A stretch of 57,321 nucleotides of DNA from the IMG/VR virus record IMGVR_UViG_3300044723_001057, positions 1-57,321 of that record; one strand, written 5' to 3'. A program made the position numbers and the translations under genes. This document shows, piece after piece, positions 44,011 through 52,659 of the stretch. Every line of letters starts with the position of its first letter. Position 1 is the stretch's first letter. A model generated the notes under the pieces. The model made no database searches. It was not told the origin of the DNA and worked only from the letters and a program-made list of their open reading frames with translations. Source of the DNA: a virus (taxonomy: Duplodnaviria > Caudoviricetes).

Positions 44011-45936
44011 ATGCAAAATACATTACCTACTGATTACCAAAACTTTATTGCTCTATCACGTTACGCACGTTGGAAAGAGGATGAACAACGCAGGGAGACA
44101 TGGAGTGAAACTGTATCCAGATATTTTGATTATATGTCTAAACATCTTTCTGATAAACACAATTATAAGCTTTCTGATTCACTGAGGTCAGAACTAGAAG
44201 AAGCCGTACTCAATCAGTCTATCATGCCCAGCATGAGAGCCTTGATGACTAGTGGCCCTGCCCTTGACCGTTGTCATGTAGGTGGGTACAACTGTTCATA
44301 TGTACCAGTAGATAGCCCACGTGCCTTTGACGAAACCATGTACATCCTCATGTGTGGTACAGGCGTTGGCTTCTCTGTAGAACGTCACAACATTGAGAAG
44401 CTACCTATTGTGAACGAAGAGTTCCATGATACAGACACAGTAATCAAGGTAGGTGATAGTCGCCCCGGTTGGGCTAAGTCGCTAAAGGAACTGATTGCTA
44501 TGTTGTACACTGGTCAGGTTCCTAAGTTTGATGTGTCAGAAGTACGCCCTGCAGGTGCAAGGCTAAAGACATTTGGTGGACGTGCATCAGGACCACAACC
44601 ACTGATTGAATTGTTTGAGTTCTGTATCCAGAAATTCAAGGGTGCAAAAGGCCGTAGACTATATCCTATTGAATGTCACGACATCATGTGTAAGATTGGT
44701 GAAGTTGTAGTTGTAGGTGGTGTACGCCGTTCAGCCTTGATTAGTTTGTCCAACCTCAATGATGACCAGATGGCACACGCTAAGTCAGGTCAATGGTGGG
44801 AGAATGAAGGACAACGTGCCTTGGCTAATAACTCTGTAGCGTACAAGCAGAAGCCTGAGATGGGTACGTTCATGCGTGAATGGTTATCACTTTACGACAG
44901 TAAGTCAGGTGAACGTGGCATCTTCAATCGTGAATCGTCTAAGAAACAGGCGGCTAAGAATGGCAGACGTGAAACTGACCATGACTTTGGTTGTAATCCC
45001 TGTTCTGAAATCATCCTACGTCCCTATCAGTTCTGTAACTTGTCAGAGGTTGTTGCACGTGAGACTGATACTCTTGTCTCTCTGAAAGAGAAGGTACGAC
45101 TAGCTACAATACTTGGCACATTCCAAGCCACACTGACAGACTTTAAATATCTGCGTAAGATTTGGAAGCAGAACACAGAACAGGAACGTCTGTTGGGTGT
45201 ATCACTTACAGGCATCATGGACTGCGCCGCATTACATAAAGGCAAGGAAGTAGCAGACACACTTGAGATGCTACGTGTTACCGCCATTGAAGCTAACGCA
45301 TCACTAGCAAAACAGATTGGCATAGAACAATCTGCCGCTATCACTTGTGTTAAGCCTAGTGGTACTGTCTCTCAGTTGGTAGACAGTGCGTCAGGTATTC
45401 ATGCACGTCACAATCCATACTACATTCGTACTGTACGAGGTGATAACAAAGACCCACTGACACAGTTCCTTATCTCTCAGGGTATCCCTAGTGAGCCAGA
45501 TGTAATGAAGCCTGATAGCACTACAGTATTCAGCTTTCCCATGAAGTCACCTAAGAATGCAGTGACACGTACAGGTATGACTGCTATTGAACAGCTTGAA
45601 CTGTGGCTGACATATCAGCGTCACTGGTGCGAACACAAGCCATCAGTTACCATCTCAGTCAAAGAGAATGAGTGGATGGACGTAGGTGCTTGGGTATACA
45701 AACACTTTGACGAGGTGTCAGGTATCAGCTTCCTACCATTCAGTGAGCATACATATCAGCAAGCACCTTATCAGGACATTGACGCTGACACATACAAAGA
45801 ACTGGCATCTAAGATGCCTAAGAATGTTGACTGGTCTTTGCTTCGTGAGTTTGAAAAGGAAGACACTACATCAGGTGGACGTGAGTTGGCCTGTACCGCA
45901 GGTGTCTGTGAGATAGTTGACCTCAACGCCGCCTAA
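44011..45936 (+). CDS. nrdJ: Class II (adenosylcobalamin-dependent) ribonucleotide reductase
   Basis: 641 aa from ATG 44011; YNC, GGVRRSA, NPCSEI, TCVKPSGT, C-terminal CTAGVC; no beta-subunit gene recognised. Confidence 0.88.
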   Translation: MQNTLPTDYQNFIALSRYARWKEDEQRRETWSETVSRYFDYMSKHLSDKHNYKLSDSLRSELEEAVLNQSIMPSMRALMTSGPALDRCHVGGYNCSYVPVDSPRAFDETMYILMCGTGVGFSVERHNIEKLPIVNEEFHDTDTVIKVGDSRPGWAKSLKELIAMLYTGQVPKFDVSEVRPAGARLKTFGGRASGPQPLIELFEFCIQKFKGAKGRRLYPIECHDIMCKIGEVVVVGGVRRSALISLSNLNDDQMAHAKSGQWWENEGQRALANNSVAYKQKPEMGTFMREWLSLYDSKSGERGIFNRESSKKQAAKNGRRETDHDFGCNPCSEIILRPYQFCNLSEVVARETDTLVSLKEKVRLATILGTFQATLTDFKYLRKIWKQNTEQERLLGVSLTGIMDCAALHKGKEVADTLEMLRVTAIEANASLAKQIGIEQSAAITCVKPSGTVSQLVDSASGIHARHNPYYIRTVRGDNKDPLTQFLISQGIPSEPDVMKPDSTTVFSFPMKSPKNAVTRTGMTAIEQLELWLTYQRHWCEHKPSVTISVKENEWMDVGAWVYKHFDEVSGISFLPFSEHTYQQAPYQDIDADTYKELASKMPKNVDWSLLREFEKEDTTSGGRELACTAGVCEIVDLNAA

Positions 45937-46054
45937 GACAGTATGGAAAAAAGGTGAGGGGTGGGTGCAACACAACCCACCTCAACACCATCCAAGCAGA
46001 GAAGAGTGGTTGAAACAGAAAGAAAAGGATAAACAATATGACACCAAAGATTGA
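45917..46054 (+). CDS. Possible small protein
   Basis: Read manually: TTG start, ...WKKGEGWVQHNPPQHHPSREEWLKQ..., 45 aa. Confidence 0.35.
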   Translation: MTSTPPKTVWKKGEGWVQHNPPQHHPSREEWLKQKEKDKQYDTKD

Positions 46055-46217
46055 GATTAAAGAGTATACTGAACATGACGATGGTTCAGCTACCATTGCT
46101 TTTGAAGTGGACTATGTTGCAAGAGAGGTTTTAATTTCTGAAGGATTGATATCATTAATTGAAAAAGCAGTAAGCGACCATAATCATGAGTATAATTGGA
46201 AAATAGAAGGAAAATAA
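46038..46217 (+). CDS. Hypothetical protein
   Basis: Read manually: MTPKIEIKEYTEHDDGSATI..., 59 aa; AAGGA RBS. Confidence 0.65.
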   Translation: MTPKIEIKEYTEHDDGSATIAFEVDYVAREVLISEGLISLIEKAVSDHNHEYNWKIEGK

Positions 46218-46218
46218 A

Positions 46219-46323
46219 ATGGATAATGCAACACTATTACTATTAGCAATCTGGGCATTAACAGCCCTTACATACTTTGATTTACGTTCACTTCGTAAGA
46301 AGATAGAAAGCTATGAAAAGTAA
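46219..46323 (+). CDS. Small membrane peptide
   Basis: MDNATLLLLAIWALTALTYF..., 34 aa; AAGGA RBS. Confidence 0.5.
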   Translation: MDNATLLLLAIWALTALTYFDLRSLRKKIESYEK

Positions 46324-46756
46324 TCAGCTAGAACTTTTCCCTGTCTACTACATAGAACCAGAAGGTGGTATTGTTTGTATTAAATGTAACATAAGACAGG
46401 ATGAAAATAATTTCCAAAAGATTTATTATAGGGATTCAGATAAGGAACCAGAAATTAAAAGAACCTGTAGAACCTGTATATCTAAAAGTAAAAAAGTTGT
46501 TAGGTCTTTAAGGTTAGAAAATCCCTATCCATCAGAAGATTACCTATGTCCTATTTGTGAAAGAGGTATACAAGACTTTAAAAAAACTGGACAACCTAAA
46601 CTACAGAATTGGGTACTTGACCACTGCCATATTACTGAAACATTTAGAGGATGGATATGCCATCATTGCAATACAGGTATTGGCGCACTATCTGATAATG
46701 TAAACAGGGTTGAGAAAGCTTTACAGTATTTAAAAAAACATTTGACATCTGAATAA
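46313..46756 (+). CDS. Endonuclease VII-like (His-Me finger) nuclease
   Basis: CPIC...LDHCH...FRGWICHHCNTGIG; additional N-terminal CxxC pairs. Confidence 0.82.
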   Translation: MKSNQLELFPVYYIEPEGGIVCIKCNIRQDENNFQKIYYRDSDKEPEIKRTCRTCISKSKKVVRSLRLENPYPSEDYLCPICERGIQDFKKTGQPKLQNWVLDHCHITETFRGWICHHCNTGIGALSDNVNRVEKALQYLKKHLTSE

Positions 46757-46770
46757 AAATAAATTACAAT
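46742..46770 (+). promoter_or_regulatory. Strong sigma70-like promoter for the glycosyltransferase-terS operon
   Basis: TTGACA-17 nt-TACAAT. Confidence 0.7.
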
Positions 46771-46806
46771 ACAGGTTCAATTAATAGAAAGGAGTTAATT
46801 GCATTA

Positions 46807-47583
46807 ATGAATAGCGAGAAAAATCCTGTAATCTATGTTGGATATGATTCACGTGAGAACTTTGCTTATGAGGTCTTGCGTGAATCCATTCTGCGTTACA
46901 CGAACAAATATGATATTATTCCCCTTGTGCAGAATCCTCTTAGACGTGCAGGGCTGTACCGCCGTAGCCTATTAATTGACATAGAGACTAACAGCGCAGG
47001 AAGGGTTGATGAGTTTGACTGTCGCCCCTTCAGTACAGACTTTACATTTACACGGTTCCTTATCCCTGCCCTTAACCAGTATAGTGGTTGGGCTTTGTTT
47101 ATGGATTCTGATATGTTCCTTCGTACTAGCTTAGAAGATTTCTTTGACACGTATACAAAGAATGAACAGTATGCAGTACAATGTGTACATCATAACTACA
47201 ATCCTAAATCAAAGATTAAAATGGATGGACAAGTACAACAAAACTACAACCGTAAGAACTGGTCAAGCTTTGTACTGTGGAACTGTTCACATCCATCTAA
47301 CTTGAATCTTACAGTAGATGATGCCAATCTTAAATCAGGTAGCTGGCTACATGGCTTTAGCTGGTTACAGGATGACGAGATAGGTTCTATCCATGAAGAA
47401 TGGAACTGGCTAGATGGTTGGTCACCAGAGGCTGTTGATGCTAAGAACGTACACTTCACTACAGGTGGTCCTTGGTTTAATGAATGGGAACCACAGAGAG
47501 ATATAGATGCACAGTACGCCAGCCAATGGAAGAAACTAAAAACAGAAATCTTATTAGACAGAGTAATAGAAGGGACAATATAA
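46807..47583 (+). CDS. GT-A fold glycosyltransferase (GT8/CDI-like)
   Basis: IYVGYDSRE, STDFTFTRFLIP, DxD in FMDSDM, RKNWSS, HFTTGGPWF. Confidence 0.85.
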   Translation: MNSEKNPVIYVGYDSRENFAYEVLRESILRYTNKYDIIPLVQNPLRRAGLYRRSLLIDIETNSAGRVDEFDCRPFSTDFTFTRFLIPALNQYSGWALFMDSDMFLRTSLEDFFDTYTKNEQYAVQCVHHNYNPKSKIKMDGQVQQNYNRKNWSSFVLWNCSHPSNLNLTVDDANLKSGSWLHGFSWLQDDEIGSIHEEWNWLDGWSPEAVDAKNVHFTTGGPWFNEWEPQRDIDAQYASQWKKLKTEILLDRVIEGTI

Positions 47584-49901
47584 TGTATACCTTTGTAACA
47601 TCATTTAGCAAGGAAGGATATGAAACTTATGCGAAACATATGCTTGAAAGTGTTAAAGAAAAGTGGAATCCAGAACACTTTAAACTCATTGCTTACTACC
47701 ATGACTTCAATATTGGAGATGTATGTCCTCCTACTTGTGATACTATTAGCTACCGTAATCTAAATGAAGTAGAAGATATGCTTGAGTACCGTGAACGCAT
47801 GAAGCTTCACGATGGTACTGAAGGTGGTAATATGCCATACAACTGGCGACTTGATGCAATCAAGTGGTGTCATAAAGTATATGCACTTACTGACCTTGCA
47901 TTTGAGATGATGGATGTAGACGACAAACTTATTACTTCTGGCATCCAACCACCAGAAAACAACTGGATGATTTGGATTGACGCTGATACAGTAGCTACCA
48001 AACGTCTTGACGTTGAGCAGGTAGCACGTTGGTTACCTGATGCGGCAGATTTAGTACACTTAGGAAGGAAGGATATTGACTACAGTGAAACAAGTTTTAT
48101 GGGCTTCAATCTGGGCTGTCACAATACTTGCAGCCTCTTGGCTGACCTTAGAGGTGCTTACACCATTGGTGAGGTGGTAGCATATCGTGAGTGGCATGAC
48201 GGATTTATCTTTGAACGTCTGCTAAATATTTACAAGGCACACGGTATGGAAGTACATAATCTTTCACCTAATATTAAAGGTCTTGCAGCATTTGCTCAGT
48301 CCCCTTTGTCTGAATACTTTGACCATTTCAAAGGTAACTTAAAGAAGAAACTAAGTGATACTCAGGTAGCACCTGATGTCAATGGGCCTAAGAGATACAA
48401 GCAATTGCTTGATATGATTGGGTTTTACAGACCAAGTACTATTGTAGAGACAGGCACTTGGAATGGTGGACGTGCTATTCAAATGGCAATGGCGGCATTC
48501 CAGTACACAGACAGTGTACATTATGTAGGCTTTGATTTGTTTGAAGAAGCTACACCTGAACTTGACCATATAGAATTAAACTCTAAGCCACACAATACAC
48601 TTGCCGCCGTTACTAAACGACTGGAAGAGTTTGGTGGTAAGATGTTTGAAAAAGGTAAGGAGTTTACATTTGAACTATATAAGGGTGACACAAAAGAAAC
48701 TCTTAAAGATTGTGAATCAGTTAAGGATGCAGACTTTGCATACATTGACGGTGGACATTCTTATGAAACAGTTAAGGCTGACTTTAAAAACCTAAAGCAT
48801 ATCCCTGTGCTTGTCTTTGATGATTACTTTTCTAAGGATAAGAATGGACTGATGCCTGAAAATGATGGCGTGAATGAGTTAATGAAAGAGGTTGAGGCTT
48901 ATGCTAAAGTAGTTCTACCTAGTAGCGACATGGTAAAGGATGGTGGTATTACACACCTATGCTTTGTTGCTATGAAAGAAGGACTACCTAAACTACCTGA
49001 TGAATTAACACGTGTACCTATTGTTGTTACACCTAAAGATTCACGGCCTAAAGAAGAGATTATTAATAACGTCTTAGAAAACAAAAAGCTTATTAAAGAC
49101 TTTGATTGGATTAAGACAAGTAAAATTAATAATGAAACTGCCATCATTATCTCTGGTGGTGACAGCGTTGACTGGAAACAATTTAAGAAGACAATCAAGA
49201 AAACCAAAGGTAAAGTATTCTGTGTTAAGCATAGCTATCCTAAGTTGCTTGAAAAAGGTATCCAACCATTTGCTTGTGTCATTTTAGACCCACGTCCTAT
49301 TAACGGTGTAAGTACACATGGTGTAGTACGTAAGGATTTGTTTAAGACAGTAGACGACAAGACTATTATGCTTGTTGCTTCTATGACTGACCCATCTGTT
49401 ACCAAGTACCTGCTTGAGCAAGGTGCTAATGTAAAAGGTTGGCAAGCTTATTCAGATGCACTACGTGACATGAATGTAAAGGATAAGATTGTAGTAGACA
49501 AGTCTACAGGAATAGAGGAAGGCTCTACACTTATCACTGGTGGTACTTGTGCGGCTATGCGTACAATTGCCATTGCACATACACTAGGGTTTAGAAACTT
49601 TGAACTGTTTGGTTTTGATTGTTCTGTTCCTACTATGACAGAGGAAATGAAAAAAGAAAAGACTGATACAGAACAAACCAAGCCTAAGTATATGCAGGTA
49701 GAAACAGGTGGTCATAAGTTCTGGACCACAGGTGAACTACTTGCTATGGCACAGGATTGCGAGAAGCTGTTTGATAATGACCAGATGGATATGGGTATTA
49801 ACTTCCATGGTAAAGGTACTCTAGCCGCTGCAGTTTGGAAGCAGTCTAAACGTGGTCAAGAGAAATACTACACAGAGTTGTTGAATGACATCGCAGCTTA
49901 A
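47583..49901 (+). CDS. Three-domain fusion: GT-A-like + class I SAM methyltransferase + Maf/DUF115-like domain
   Basis: 772 aa from ATG 47583; WIDAD and EWHDGFIF; IVETGTWNG, GFDLFE, IDGGHS, VFDDY; IISGGDS, ILDP, LGFRNFELFGFDCS. Confidence 0.75.
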   Translation: MYTFVTSFSKEGYETYAKHMLESVKEKWNPEHFKLIAYYHDFNIGDVCPPTCDTISYRNLNEVEDMLEYRERMKLHDGTEGGNMPYNWRLDAIKWCHKVYALTDLAFEMMDVDDKLITSGIQPPENNWMIWIDADTVATKRLDVEQVARWLPDAADLVHLGRKDIDYSETSFMGFNLGCHNTCSLLADLRGAYTIGEVVAYREWHDGFIFERLLNIYKAHGMEVHNLSPNIKGLAAFAQSPLSEYFDHFKGNLKKKLSDTQVAPDVNGPKRYKQLLDMIGFYRPSTIVETGTWNGGRAIQMAMAAFQYTDSVHYVGFDLFEEATPELDHIELNSKPHNTLAAVTKRLEEFGGKMFEKGKEFTFELYKGDTKETLKDCESVKDADFAYIDGGHSYETVKADFKNLKHIPVLVFDDYFSKDKNGLMPENDGVNELMKEVEAYAKVVLPSSDMVKDGGITHLCFVAMKEGLPKLPDELTRVPIVVTPKDSRPKEEIINNVLENKKLIKDFDWIKTSKINNETAIIISGGDSVDWKQFKKTIKKTKGKVFCVKHSYPKLLEKGIQPFACVILDPRPINGVSTHGVVRKDLFKTVDDKTIMLVASMTDPSVTKYLLEQGANVKGWQAYSDALRDMNVKDKIVVDKSTGIEEGSTLITGGTCAAMRTIAIAHTLGFRNFELFGFDCSVPTMTEEMKKEKTDTEQTKPKYMQVETGGHKFWTTGELLAMAQDCEKLFDNDQMDMGINFHGKGTLAAAVWKQSKRGQEKYYTELLNDIAA

Positions 49902-50397
49902 AGAAAAACAAGAGAAGTTCTGCCAAGCTTATATCCTGCACCGTAATGCTACAAGAGCAGCAATTGCGGCAGGGTATAGCGAGGCATCTGCACACAATCA
50001 AGGGTACAGACTTCTTCAAGATGATAAGATTCAGGAACGCATAGAAGAACTGACTAATGAAATTAGTACAGACGTAGATGTTATTGCTGAAATTGAGAAG
50101 CAATACGAACAAGCAAGGAACGCTGGGCATGGTGCGGTTGCACTAAAAGCCCTTGAACTTTTGTCTCGTGTACGTGGTAATAATGTAGATGAAGAGGACG
50201 TAACACCTGAATCCCTTGAAGCAGAGATTATAGGTACGCTTCAGATAATAGGATTTGAGAAATCCTTTGAACTTCTTGCTAATGCTTTTCCTGAACAGTT
50301 TGAGGAAGACGAAGAGGAAGAAGACGGGCCGTTACTTCTTTCCGAAGAACTTACTAGCACTACGGACACCGAAACTAGCAGCGACAATGACACCTAA
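49885..50397 (+). CDS. terS: Terminase small subunit-like HTH protein
   Basis: KQEKFCQAY...NATRAAIAAGYS...GYRLL...ALKALELL. Confidence 0.75.
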   Translation: MTSQLKEKQEKFCQAYILHRNATRAAIAAGYSEASAHNQGYRLLQDDKIQERIEELTNEISTDVDVIAEIEKQYEQARNAGHGAVALKALELLSRVRGNNVDEEDVTPESLEAEIIGTLQIIGFEKSFELLANAFPEQFEEDEEEEDGPLLLSEELTSTTDTETSSDNDT

Positions 50398-50718
50398 AGT
50401 ATACTGATACCATTCAGGCATACCCATAAGAGCAGCAAATCCATCATCTACAATACCCCTTCCCCATTCTCCACAGAATGAAAGAACCAGTGGTACAGAA
50501 AAAATAATAGTAAGCCACTCGTCTTTCCAGCTAGATGCCGAAGCATCAGCCATTTTTAAATCCCAATCTATTTCACCAGTAGCTTGCTTCTGCATGACTA
50601 CTGCTTCAGCTTTAGCTTTAGCTACGCTGGCTTCTGTCTTTGCCTTTGACTTTTCTACAGAACCTTTCAGCCAAGTACCTGCTAAGTCTGCAATTGGGCC
50701 TATCAGAAGGTTTAACAT
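50332..50718 (-). CDS. Holin (3TM, GTA-holin-like)
   Basis: SWKDEW, PEWYQY, VAASFGVR; hydrophobic segments; near endolysin. Confidence 0.7.
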   Translation of the reverse strand: MLNLLIGPIADLAGTWLKGSVEKSKAKTEASVAKAKAEAVVMQKQATGEIDWDLKMADASASSWKDEWLTIIFSVPLVLSFCGEWGRGIVDDGFAALMGMPEWYQYTLGVIVAASFGVRSASKFFGKK

Positions 50719-50754
50719 AAGCTTCTCCTGTTACTTGTAATACTTGTCCAAACA

Positions 50755-51495
50755 TTATGGTATTTCATTTTCAATATAAATAATTTCAAAGGTTGCTGAT
50801 ACTTGTAACAAAGCATTAGAACTGCTGGCTATAGCACGAAACTCTATATCTGTTTTTTCTGGAATAGGTAATGGATAAGTATAAGAACGAACAATATCTA
50901 TATTATTAGCTGAGAAATTATCCTGTGTTCTAAATACTCCACCGGGTTCTCTTGTAATAATTCTCATTTTCCCAAACTTATTATTAGCCTCTGTCATTAC
51001 TGTTACATCTGTCTGTACAAGGTAAGCAGTGTACCCTGCTGGAACTGTCCATAGTGCCATTAGAGTTTGATTGTCACCATTAATATAGGCATATGTAGTA
51101 CCACCATTAGCAATAGTAATAGTACCTACAGGGGCTGTAGAACCTGATACAAAGGCACGGAAGACACGTATAAATGTTTCTGTTGTGGTTGCTGTACCAG
51201 AACCAGCAAGAGTTACCTCTACACTTTGTTCATTATAGTTTGCATCCAATCCCTGTACAGTAATCTTTACACCGTTATCTGTTGCACCGGATGCACTTGT
51301 TACAGTCATAGCTAAAGCAGAAGAAGGATAAGAATAAATACCACCACCTTCCCATATGGTTTCTTCTGTATCATTGATTAAAGGATTATAACCAAACTTT
51401 AATAGACGTTTATGAAAAGCAATCTGACCCCTAGAAATTTGCAGTTCCCAAGGCTCATGCTTACCTGTACGTGTCATTGAACTAGGCGTACCCAT
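50755..51495 (-). CDS. Hypothetical, probably structural, protein
   Basis: 246 aa; KFGYN, ETIW, GLDANY, WTVPAGYT, EKTDIE. Confidence 0.6.
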   Translation of the reverse strand: MGTPSSMTRTGKHEPWELQISRGQIAFHKRLLKFGYNPLINDTEETIWEGGGIYSYPSSALAMTVTSASGATDNGVKITVQGLDANYNEQSVEVTLAGSGTATTTETFIRVFRAFVSGSTAPVGTITIANGGTTYAYINGDNQTLMALWTVPAGYTAYLVQTDVTVMTEANNKFGKMRIITREPGGVFRTQDNFSANNIDIVRSYTYPLPIPEKTDIEFRAIASSSNALLQVSATFEIIYIENEIP

Positions 51496-51531
51496 TTAAC
51501 CACCTTTCTTCTTCGTCATTATAAGGCCGCA

Positions 51532-51720
51532 TTAGTATAGCCTATTATGGCTACATTTAATGCGACCACCTTTTTTAAATCCAATCTGTGAGGCTATGCT
51601 TTCACCCTTCTTTGTTTGTTTAGGTGCGGCAGGTCCTAGATATTCTCTAGTACCATTAGTATATACCTTATATACTTTACCTTTAATATTTTTTAAAGTG
51701 TATCCCTTATCATTAGACAT
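51532..51720 (-). CDS. Small basic protein
   Basis: 62 aa; ends FKKGGRIKCSHNRLY. Confidence 0.6.
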   Translation of the reverse strand: MSNDKGYTLKNIKGKVYKVYTNGTREYLGPAAPKQTKKGESIASQIGFKKGGRIKCSHNRLY

Positions 51721-52205
51721 TAAAATTCCCCTGTTTTCATAGCGTCAGAAAGCTTCTTAGCCCTTCCACCCACCTGCCTAGCCCATCTAGAATCCATCAT
51801 CTCTAAGCTTGCAGCTTCAAAGTTCTCTTCATGTACTGCATTCCACATCTTCTTAAACTTACAAAGACGAGGGACACCCATGTTAAATGCCATGTCCATT
51901 AGTACTAGTTGACGTACACTGTCCATTTCTTCCACACAAGGATGTACACGACACAGTTCATTTTCCACAATTGCAATGTCGTTGAGGGCTAGATACCTTG
52001 CATCCGCTTCAGATATTCCATGTTCATAGACCACCTCCATATTAGGTATGTCAAGGTAATCTAACTCCTCACGACTGATACCACGGTCTTTCAAGTTCCT
52101 TCCTATCCCAATGGTATCTATTCCCAAACTGTCCTTGTAGACAGTGAGTACAAGACCTTCATGCTCAATTAGTTTATCTAAAAAATGTGAACGGTTGTAC
52201 TTCAT
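51720..52205 (-). CDS. Endolysin (GH24/T4-lysozyme-like)
   Basis: 161 aa from ATG 52205; HEG...YKDSLGIDTIGIGRN with E-x8-D-x5-T triad; MAFNMG; DSRWARQV. Confidence 0.88.
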   Translation of the reverse strand: MKYNRSHFLDKLIEHEGLVLTVYKDSLGIDTIGIGRNLKDRGISREELDYLDIPNMEVVYEHGISEADARYLALNDIAIVENELCRVHPCVEEMDSVRQLVLMDMAFNMGVPRLCKFKKMWNAVHEENFEAASLEMMDSRWARQVGGRAKKLSDAMKTGEF

Positions 52206-52227
52206 TTTGTGGTCCTTGATTTTATTA

Positions 52228-52422
52228 TCATGTTTCTGTTGCACCTACAATACCACATTTATACTTAACAGTTTTCCAATCACCATCTGATGGTATGTCT
52301 TCATGTAGAATTTTAAATTCTATACATTGTTCCTTCTTGTCAAACCACTGTATAGTTTGATTATAACATATACCATTATCAGCACAAGCCGTTAAAACTA
52401 AAGACCAAATAATAGGTGTCAT
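52228..52422 (-). CDS. Small Cys-containing exported protein
   Basis: 64 aa; LVLTAC, FDKKEQC, KYKC. Confidence 0.6.
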   Translation of the reverse strand: MTPIIWSLVLTACADNGICYNQTIQWFDKKEQCIEFKILHEDIPSDGDWKTVKYKCGIVGATET

Positions 52423-52658
52423 TTTCTTTCCTCACTTATTCTGTGATTAGACTGATGTGGGTGTTTGCCTTCGTGGTTCATCCACACTGCAAAGGCTCCT
52501 GTCATTGCCCCAGTTACCACAGATACTAAACCAGCCTGTGCTGCAGTTGGCTCTGGCAAGGTCATAAACCATTCTACTACACGCCAACTCATAAGCGTCA
52601 TTACGAACATCATAAATCTTGGTAATATCTTCCATTCCAACACCGCTGCGGCTGACAT
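52419..52658 (-). CDS. Small two-TM membrane protein (holin-like)
   Basis: 79 aa; WKILPR...WFMTLPEPT..QAGLVSVVTGA. Confidence 0.6.
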   Translation of the reverse strand: MSAAAVLEWKILPRFMMFVMTLMSWRVVEWFMTLPEPTAAQAGLVSVVTGAMTGAFAVWMNHEGKHPHQSNHRISEERK

Positions 52659-52659
52659 A

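Noticed and set aside
39375-45936. Inteins or introns in polA or nrdJ
   Set aside because: Both ORFs are continuous and compact, with no intein terminal or LAGLIDADG motifs seen.
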